This document shows positions 55,205 through 62,277 of a DNA stretch of 64,000 bases, in pieces (position 1 is the first letter of the stretch; the number at the start of each line of letters is the position of its first letter). A program made the position numbers and the translations under genes. The notes beneath the pieces are model-generated. The model did not search any database. It had not been told where the DNA came from and saw only the letters and a list, made by a program, of their open reading frames with translations. The stretch spans positions 37,883-101,882 of the forward strand of contig JBAZJK010000001.1 in assembly GCA_041651355.1 (NCBI GenBank), read 5' to 3'. The stretch comes from Patescibacteria group bacterium. GTDB taxonomy: Bacteria > Patescibacteriota > Patescibacteriia > Patescibacteriales > UBA12465.

Positions 55205-55852
55205 ATGTCCATTGACGAACAACTTTTAGCCGCTTCTAACGAGTCGGAATCCGCTGGTCAGCAAGATACATCTAGCGATCCAGGCGCTTTTCGTGAAGAT
55301 AAAAGAAATTCAACTCCTAACGGACCAGATGGTAACACGGGTGATAGCGGCCAGAGTTTTAGGATGGCTAAGCAAGCCGCTAAGAACCAGGCGAAAGATC
55401 AGGATGAGTCCAGTGGCCTTAAAGGGGCAGCCATGGATAAGGCAACCGCTCCTGCTAGAAAAGCGACTGGTTCTTGCTTGAAACAAGCTTGGTTGAACGC
55501 TCCGGAAACCTTTGGCTGTACTCTGGCCTGGGTTAATATCCATGTTTTTTTGCGCCAGGTATTGGGTAAGAAATTATTCGGCCCCTTGGGCTCAGAATGG
55601 TTGCCTGGGGAAACGCCGTTTGCGGGAGCTGATAAAACCGGGGCGAGTAAAAGCTTAGAAAAAGGGATGCAATTAGGGGAGGGGTGCTTGTTGGTAATAC
55701 TTGATCTTGGCTGCCTAATAATACTCATAGTGACGATCGGAGGCATAGCCGCTGTCCTTTATCTTTTAACCCACCCGGGAGAGGTTATAGGTGCAGTTCT
55801 AAATGCGGTTTGGGATCAGGTTACTTCTTGGGTGTCCGGTATATTTTCATAG
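55205..55852 (+). CDS. Hypothetical protein with a disordered polar N-terminal half and a C-terminal TM helix; first gene of the T4SS-like cluster
   Basis: An ORF with a low-complexity N-terminus and the hydrophobic segment CLLVILDLGCLIILIVTIGGIAAVLYLL. I recognise no family. Confidence 0.4.
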   Translation: MSIDEQLLAASNESESAGQQDTSSDPGAFREDKRNSTPNGPDGNTGDSGQSFRMAKQAAKNQAKDQDESSGLKGAAMDKATAPARKATGSCLKQAWLNAPETFGCTLAWVNIHVFLRQVLGKKLFGPLGSEWLPGETPFAGADKTGASKSLEKGMQLGEGCLLVILDLGCLIILIVTIGGIAAVLYLLTHPGEVIGAVLNAVWDQVTSWVSGIFS

Positions 55853-55864
55853 TTTCAAAACCAA

Positions 55865-58426
55865 ATGCGTGGGAAAATAAAATTTAACAAAAAGTATTTC
55901 TTTTTAACCCTGCTTCTAGTGGTAAGCAGTTTTTTTGTAGCTTCAAATGCTTGGGCACAAATATCTTTCGGTGAACTGATCACCCAACTCATTGGCTGGG
56001 TGGCCCAGGTAATAGTTAGCGCCTTGGGTTTGATATTAATTTTGTTGATGAGAGTTTTGATTTATATCGCCCAATATAATGATTTTATTGGTTCTCAAGC
56101 AGTATCTAATGGCTGGATTATAGTCAGGGATCTGTGCAATATGTTTTTTGTGGTAATATTGCTGGCCATATCATTTGCCACTATTTTACATATTGAACAA
56201 TACAGTTACAAGAAATGGTTGCCGAAGTTAGTAATGATGGCGATTTTAATAAATTTTTCTAAAACGATTTGCGGACTTATTATTGATTTCGGCCAAGTTA
56301 TCATGTTGACCTTTGTCAATGCTTTCAAGGATATTGGCGGCGGTAATTTGGCTGATATGTTAGGGATTACAGAGTGGCTCAAGATTAAAGAGAGTGGAGA
56401 TGAAAATGCGGTAAGCAATTGGAATGTTATCGGCGCTTATATTTTAGCAGTCATATATGTTTTTATTGCTGTCGGCGTGATTGCTACCATGATTGCGATG
56501 TTGATCATGCGGATTATGATGTTGTGGGTCTATGTCGTCTTATCTCCGGCCGCTTATCTTTTAGCCTCTTTTCCTGGCGGACAAAAATATTCCTCCCAAT
56601 GGTGGAGCGAATTTACTAAAAACGTTATTATCGGTCCGGTGTTGGCCTTTTTTATTTGGTTATCGTTTGTGACTGTTGTCCCTGGTTCTACGGGTGCGAC
56701 TATTTTAAGTATGGAGAACGTGCCGTCTCAAGAGGCCGCTAATTTAGGAGAATCTCAAGCGGTCGGTGCCGGTACCGCCGATTTCATGGTTAAATTCATC
56801 ATTTCGATTGCAATGTTGATTGGTGGTCTCAAGATATCTCAAGAAATTGGCGGGGCGGCTGGCAGTATTGCCGGGAAAGGAATGAATAATATACAGAAAT
56901 ATGGCTTAGGAACCGCCGCGGCCGTTACCGGCTATCGTTACGCAGCGGGCGTGATGCAGAATTATCAAAGTATCCGTAAATCTAGGCGTGAAGAAAAATA
57001 TGCCTCCGCCGGAAAGAGCTTGGTCAGCGCGGTCGATACAACTAAAGCCGCGGCCGGCGCTCCAGTTAAAGGAGCGGCTAAAGTAGTTGGCGGCTGGGGC
57101 AAAAAAGCGAAAACTTGGACGGCAGCGAAAATGAACAATGAAACGGTTAGTGATTATAAGGAGAGAAAAGAACAGGAAACTAAGAAGAAAAGAGAAGAGA
57201 AGGCTAACAAGAAATATGACAAGGCAGCCAAAAGAGAAGCCTATAACTCTGGTAAATATACTGATAAAAGCGGCAAAGAGTACGATCTTGATACTAGTAC
57301 TAATACCTATAAAGATAAGGCTGGCAATGAAGCTAAGGATACCAGTGGCAAGGTTGTTAAAAAAATGTCTGATACAACGGCTAATTATTATAATAGCGTT
57401 GAAGACAGCATGACAAAATCAAGGGCTTTTAGGAACCAGATTCAGGAAGAAAGAGCGGGTAAGAAACAGAAGATATTAGAAGACGCTGGCACCTCAAGTA
57501 CCGACCTGAAGAGGGTAATGAATGATTCCAGCGCTAGTAGTGATAAGCGTTTAGCCGCTGCGATCAGCTTAGCTGTTAAGGAGGGCTTTAAGACTAAAGA
57601 TCATACCAAGGGTCGTCAAGAAGTGTCTAACGCCAAGGCAGTTATCGGAGATAACAAGGTCTTGTTAAAGAAATTTAATGACACCGTTAATAAGAAATTC
57701 GCTCACTTGAATTATAATTTAGATAATGCTGACGGAACGATAAATGTAGATGAAAAAGAAAGATTTAAGCAGGCGATGGATAATGGTTTGTTTGATGGCT
57801 ATAGTCAGGATAGTACAGCTTATAGCGAGAATGTTCTAAAAACATTAGAGGAGTATTCGGGCATAGATTTCCCTGAAAAAATTAGCAAGGTGGCGGGAAA
57901 TAGCAAACAAGCCAGAGATACTATCGGCGACAGCATGGCTAAATTAAAGGATCAAGATTTAGCTAGTGGAGGGACAATGATTAACGCCGATGGAGACCTG
58001 AATAAATACGCGAAGTTGACGGCTAGAATTAGTGGAAATGTTGAAGCAGCTTTTAGTCAGACTAGTACGTCTGGTGTTAAGACATTTAATAAAGATGCTG
58101 CTACTAAATATTTCACCGACGCTAAAGCTAGTTGGATGAATAGCTTTGATGCCAGTCAATTAAAAATAAAAACCGACGCCTCTGGTGCAACCAATGCTGC
58201 TTTCGTGAAAGATTTACAAGAAGCCATAGCTAACGGAATCCAGGTTAACACCTTAGTTTCGATGCAAAGAGCTGACCAATCTCCTGATTTAATCAGAAGA
58301 ATATTAGGAATTGTTGAACAAGAAGCATTTAAAGCATCCGCTTCGCCTGAATTAATGAAAAAATATGATGATATTGATGATAACAATGTGTTAAAAAATA
58401 TCCCTCGCACAACCCCGCCCGTTTAA
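55865..58426 (+). CDS. Polytopic membrane protein, VirB6/TrbL-like (putative T4SS channel component), with a long Lys-rich C-terminal domain
   Basis: A signal peptide plus at least 6 TM segments within the first ~330 aa (for example WVAQVIVSALGLILILLM, MFFVVILLAISFATIL, VIGAYILAVIYVFIAVGVIATMIAMLIM), then about 500 hydrophilic residues. The call rests on architecture and context only. Confidence 0.45.
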   Translation: MRGKIKFNKKYFFLTLLLVVSSFFVASNAWAQISFGELITQLIGWVAQVIVSALGLILILLMRVLIYIAQYNDFIGSQAVSNGWIIVRDLCNMFFVVILLAISFATILHIEQYSYKKWLPKLVMMAILINFSKTICGLIIDFGQVIMLTFVNAFKDIGGGNLADMLGITEWLKIKESGDENAVSNWNVIGAYILAVIYVFIAVGVIATMIAMLIMRIMMLWVYVVLSPAAYLLASFPGGQKYSSQWWSEFTKNVIIGPVLAFFIWLSFVTVVPGSTGATILSMENVPSQEAANLGESQAVGAGTADFMVKFIISIAMLIGGLKISQEIGGAAGSIAGKGMNNIQKYGLGTAAAVTGYRYAAGVMQNYQSIRKSRREEKYASAGKSLVSAVDTTKAAAGAPVKGAAKVVGGWGKKAKTWTAAKMNNETVSDYKERKEQETKKKREEKANKKYDKAAKREAYNSGKYTDKSGKEYDLDTSTNTYKDKAGNEAKDTSGKVVKKMSDTTANYYNSVEDSMTKSRAFRNQIQEERAGKKQKILEDAGTSSTDLKRVMNDSSASSDKRLAAAISLAVKEGFKTKDHTKGRQEVSNAKAVIGDNKVLLKKFNDTVNKKFAHLNYNLDNADGTINVDEKERFKQAMDNGLFDGYSQDSTAYSENVLKTLEEYSGIDFPEKISKVAGNSKQARDTIGDSMAKLKDQDLASGGTMINADGDLNKYAKLTARISGNVEAAFSQTSTSGVKTFNKDAATKYFTDAKASWMNSFDASQLKIKTDASGATNAAFVKDLQEAIANGIQVNTLVSMQRADQSPDLIRRILGIVEQEAFKASASPELMKKYDDIDDNNVLKNIPRTTPPV

Positions 58427-58436
58427 TTGATTATTT

Positions 58437-59630
58437 ATGGATTATATTAATGAAATAAAAAAATTACCTCAAGAAATCCAAGATATTTTAATATCCCCTT
58501 TTGGTGCAAAAATAAATAGGGAAATGATTAATAAGTATAACTTAGATAAAAAGTCGGCCGGCGTGATAGTGGATATAGTTAATGACATCTATTTAAAGAA
58601 ACTCAACCTAGTAAACCTGAAGGAAAAGATTATCAATATTATCAGTTTGCCACCAGACCGGGTCCAGTCATTGTGCCTCGATTTAGCCGGCCTAAAACTA
58701 CTAATTGCCGATGATTATTTTAAGGGGATAGTTAAAGATTTTATCTTAGCTAATCGCGGAGATTTGGCTACTTACCAAGCAAAAGCTCAAGAGTGGAAAG
58801 AGGCTATCAAACGTGAACAGGAAATTTATATCAGCGAGACGGCAGAGCCAAAATATGAGTCGAAATTAGTTAATCTCAACGATGACGAAGAAGACCCAGC
58901 TTTAATCAATCAAGAAAAAATAGACGCCGTATCTTTATTCAAAGAGGATGTGATTAATGCTTTAAAATTGGGGCCGGACAGTTCAGAGATGACCGCAATC
59001 TATAACGAATTTTTGATAGATCTGATCAAAGACGATGAAAATTTTAGAAAATCTTTAGAGACGTCCCTTTATAATAACCAAGAGTTGGTAGTCCCAGAAA
59101 AGATTATTGTGAACGGAAGCGAAGTTAAAGCCTCGGTGGCTAATTGGATAAAAGATTTTATCAGTCAAAATGGTAGCGAGATGTTTAATAACGTTGTCTT
59201 GGTAAAATATCTATCCGATAATCCTAATGTAAAAAAATTAAAAGATGCGGACAGGGAAATAGTAAAAAAGGTATTGAAACTATATCGTAATTTAGTATTT
59301 TTCCCCGATAGCATGGAGAATGTCCCCCTAGAAGAATGGGAAATATTTCCAGTTGATCAAACTCAAGCGCTTGCAACAATCGGTCCTAGAAAAGGAGGCA
59401 AGATACTTAATGTCTTAGATGAAAATAACCAGGAAGCGGTAGAAGCTAAAATAGCTGAGCCAGAAATTGATAATCAAGTTAGCCAGTCCATAGATCCCGC
59501 TCCCGTACAAAAAGAACCCAGCGAGTTGGATCAGTTGGAGAGTTTATTACAAAAATACTCCCCCGGCAGTTTTGAATACAAGACTATCCAGCAGGAGATC
59601 AAGCGTTTGAAGAGATTGGGGCAAAAATAA
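58437..59630 (+). CDS. Hypothetical protein (N-terminal domain paralogous to the 59779 product)
   Basis: A 397-aa ORF. The N-terminus is MDYINEIKKLPQEIQDILISPFGAKINREMINKYNLD... Confidence 0.5.
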   Translation: MDYINEIKKLPQEIQDILISPFGAKINREMINKYNLDKKSAGVIVDIVNDIYLKKLNLVNLKEKIINIISLPPDRVQSLCLDLAGLKLLIADDYFKGIVKDFILANRGDLATYQAKAQEWKEAIKREQEIYISETAEPKYESKLVNLNDDEEDPALINQEKIDAVSLFKEDVINALKLGPDSSEMTAIYNEFLIDLIKDDENFRKSLETSLYNNQELVVPEKIIVNGSEVKASVANWIKDFISQNGSEMFNNVVLVKYLSDNPNVKKLKDADREIVKKVLKLYRNLVFFPDSMENVPLEEWEIFPVDQTQALATIGPRKGGKILNVLDENNQEAVEAKIAEPEIDNQVSQSIDPAPVQKEPSELDQLESLLQKYSPGSFEYKTIQQEIKRLKRLGQK

Positions 59631-59654
59631 TTAGCAGCTTAATATCATTTAGAA

Positions 59655-59679
59655 ACGAGACCACGAGGTCTCGTTTTTT
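59655..59679 (+). terminator. Rho-independent terminator inside the T4SS-like cluster
   Basis: ACGAGACC acga GGTCTCGT followed by ttttt. Confidence 0.75.
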
Positions 59680-59778
59680 GCTAAACTTTAGCTTCTTCGT
59701 AAAGAGCTAGGCTCTCTTTCCTCTTTTTGGCAAAATGTGCTAAAATAAAACCAGAATAAATTATTTTTTGCCGGTTTC

Positions 59779-61101
59779 ATGTTCGATTATTTGCAAAAAT
59801 TTAACGCCCTGCCTAAGGATTTGCGCGATAAGATTTCTTCCCCTGCCGTTATGGCCGCGATTTCCGCTTTAGAAAGCAAATATGGGGTTGATTTGGCTAT
59901 GACCGTGATGCGGGTGATGATAAAAACCCTTAGTTTGGAGAATTTGCCTTTCCATCTAGCTAGTGAATTCGGCCTTAATCAAACCCAGGCAGAAAGCTTG
60001 AACCGTGATCTTAAAGACCAGGTTTTTTTAGTTGTTGCTACCTATTTAGGCCTCAATTCAGATTCATCAGCTCTTGATTTAAACCAAAACTTAGAGCGGA
60101 TCGTTAAAGAGTCAGGAATCAGGTTCACGAGTACCGATGCTTTGGCTCGCTTCAAACAAATCCTTAACACTTATCTGCGTGGTGTCAGAACCAAGATTGA
60201 TACTCGTAATTCTTTAGCCAAGAGCGTTGTCTCTGGCGGCCTTAATTTGGACACTTTTACCATTGATAAGGTTTTTAAGATTTGCGACGAGCTAACCAAA
60301 GCCTTGCCGGCTCCGGAAATCGTCAAGCCGTCTGCCTCGCCAGCTTTAGATAGGTTGATCGTGGCTGATGCCGTTAAGGATAAAACAGCCATCACCCATG
60401 AATCAGAATATAATCTTAAAGACCTGGCCGCTAAAGGAAAATTAAAACCGTTAGGCAATTTGGATACTAGTCACGAGCTTCCTTCAGGGGAAATGAAAGA
60501 CCTGCCGGCTCCGCCTAGTATTGATGCCGAAGCCGCCGCGATTGCCGATTTAGCTTCAGCTAAGATCACTGAAGCCTTATCCAAGATCAACCCGGTGCCT
60601 AGCACTCCATCTCCGGAACTTGCTCCTAAGGTAGAGGCTCCAGCTCCGGCAGCCACGCTGAGACAGGAAGCAGCCCCGAAACCATTAGTTAAGTCGCCCC
60701 TGCCGGCGGCGGCTAATTTGCGCCCGGCGGCTGATCCCTCCCGGCCCAAAGTCGCCGATATCCGACCGATGCCCAAGATCATGGGTCCGATTGAAGAATT
60801 ACAATTTTTGGATCTAGTTAATTTCCGTCGCTTGGGCGTGAATCCCAGTGATATCACTAGCAAGATTTATACCAAGATCAGATTGCTGGAAAAGACTGGC
60901 TATGACCAGATGATTCAAGGGGTAGTGGCTTGGCGGAAGGGTATTATTAATCGTGTCTATTTGAAGATGTGCCAAGAGGCTTTCGCTAAAGGAATGCCAC
61001 TTAAGGAGATTATTGCCAAGCGGCAGTCCGAAAACCGTGAATATTTGACTTGGGATGAAATCAACGCGATCGTCGACCTTAATAAAAAGCTCATGTTCTA
61101 A
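59779..61101 (+). CDS. Hypothetical protein with a Pro/Ala-rich linker (N-terminal domain paralogous to the 58437 product)
   Basis: A 440-aa ORF. The N-terminus is MFDYLQKFNALPKDLRDKISSPAVMAAISALESKYGVD..., with a central region of the form PAPPSIDAEAAA...APAPAATLRQEAAPKP. Confidence 0.5.
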   Translation: MFDYLQKFNALPKDLRDKISSPAVMAAISALESKYGVDLAMTVMRVMIKTLSLENLPFHLASEFGLNQTQAESLNRDLKDQVFLVVATYLGLNSDSSALDLNQNLERIVKESGIRFTSTDALARFKQILNTYLRGVRTKIDTRNSLAKSVVSGGLNLDTFTIDKVFKICDELTKALPAPEIVKPSASPALDRLIVADAVKDKTAITHESEYNLKDLAAKGKLKPLGNLDTSHELPSGEMKDLPAPPSIDAEAAAIADLASAKITEALSKINPVPSTPSPELAPKVEAPAPAATLRQEAAPKPLVKSPLPAAANLRPAADPSRPKVADIRPMPKIMGPIEELQFLDLVNFRRLGVNPSDITSKIYTKIRLLEKTGYDQMIQGVVAWRKGIINRVYLKMCQEAFAKGMPLKEIIAKRQSENREYLTWDEINAIVDLNKKLMF

Positions 61102-61104
61102 TAT

Positions 61105-61575
61105 ATGCAGCAATTTACCGTTCCTCAATTCATTGACGTGGAAAGCAAGATTATCGGTCCAATCACTACCCGGCAATTTTTAATCTTTCTGGCCACCGCG
61201 GCTTTAATCGGAATCTTCTATAAATTATTCGATTTTGCCCTTTTCTTGGCAACCGGTCTGCCAGTCCTAGGTTTGGCTATCCTTTTTGCCTTCGTGAAGG
61301 TTAATGGCCAGCCTTTCCATCTTTTTGTTTTAAGCTTGGTAAAGACCTTGCGGCGGCCCAACACGAGGATTTGGAATAAGCAGACGACCGTTCAAGAGGT
61401 TCCAGAATTCACCCCGATCATCAAGAATGAATACCAGGCTCAATTCAAGCCGGCCTTTAAGAGCTCTCATTTAGCCGATTTATCTTTAGTGGTAGACACC
61501 CAGGGCAGATATAAAGGGCAAGAAAATGCGCCTAATCAAAGCTTGGCCGAGAAAAAAGATTTTAATAATAATTAA
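61105..61575 (+). CDS. PrgI-family (VirB3-like) small membrane protein
   Basis: The N-terminus FTVPQFIDVESKIIGPITTRQFLIFLATAALIG is followed by a second TM helix (FLATGLPVLGLAILFAFV). This matches my recollection of the PrgI family signature. Confidence 0.7.
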   Translation: MQQFTVPQFIDVESKIIGPITTRQFLIFLATAALIGIFYKLFDFALFLATGLPVLGLAILFAFVKVNGQPFHLFVLSLVKTLRRPNTRIWNKQTTVQEVPEFTPIIKNEYQAQFKPAFKSSHLADLSLVVDTQGRYKGQENAPNQSLAEKKDFNNN

Positions 61576-61584
61576 GTTTAAAAT

Positions 61585-62259
61585 ATGGCTGATAAGGCAG
61601 CTAGTAAAATTAGCGCTTCCACCCAAGATTTCCTAGATATCGCTGAAATAAAGGAGAACACCGTGGTGATGAAAGATGGCACCTTGCGGGCGGTCTTATT
61701 GGCGTCCAGCATCAATTTTGCTTTAAAAAGCGAAGATGAACAGAATGCGGTAGTTGATTCCTATATCCGTTTCCTGAATAACCTATCTTTTACCCTGCAA
61801 ATCGTCATTCAATCACGCGAGTTAGACATTGATAATTATCTTGAGTATCTCAGAACCAAAGAGAAGGAGCAGACTAACAAGCTGCTCAAGCTCCAAACCG
61901 GGGAATACATCGAATATATCAAGGAATTAACTTCTTTGGGCAAGATCATGAATAAGCGTTTTTACATTATCGTCCCCTATAACGCCTTGTCTGATAAGAA
62001 GAAGAATTTTATGGCCCAGTTAGGCGAAGCCTTGAAGCCAGCTACTTCCATCAAATTAAAGGAGAAGACTTTCTTGCGCTATCAGGAGATGCTTAATCGG
62101 CGGATAGATAGCGTGGCCGGCGGTTTAGAGGCCATGGGTATTAATGTGATTAGATTAGATACTCAGAGTCTGATTGAATTATATTACCGCACTTATAACC
62201 CGGAGACCGCTAAGAACCAAGCTTTGGGCGAAATCGACAAGATGCGCGTCGAGTCTTAA
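61585..62259 (+). CDS. Stand-alone protein resembling the N-terminal domain of Gram-positive-type VirB4 ATPases
   Basis: STQDFLDIAEIKENTVVMKDGTLRAVLLASSINFALKSEDEQNAVVDSYIRFLNNLSFTLQIVIQS resembles the N-terminal pattern I recall from Tn916 Orf16/TraE-type proteins (..DINYQLA..D..AIF..fLN.fd..i..Q). It has no Walker motifs. Confidence 0.4.
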   Translation: MADKAASKISASTQDFLDIAEIKENTVVMKDGTLRAVLLASSINFALKSEDEQNAVVDSYIRFLNNLSFTLQIVIQSRELDIDNYLEYLRTKEKEQTNKLLKLQTGEYIEYIKELTSLGKIMNKRFYIIVPYNALSDKKKNFMAQLGEALKPATSIKLKEKTFLRYQEMLNRRIDSVAGGLEAMGINVIRLDTQSLIELYYRTYNPETAKNQALGEIDKMRVES

Positions 62260-62277
62260 TTAATCCAAGGGAAAATT

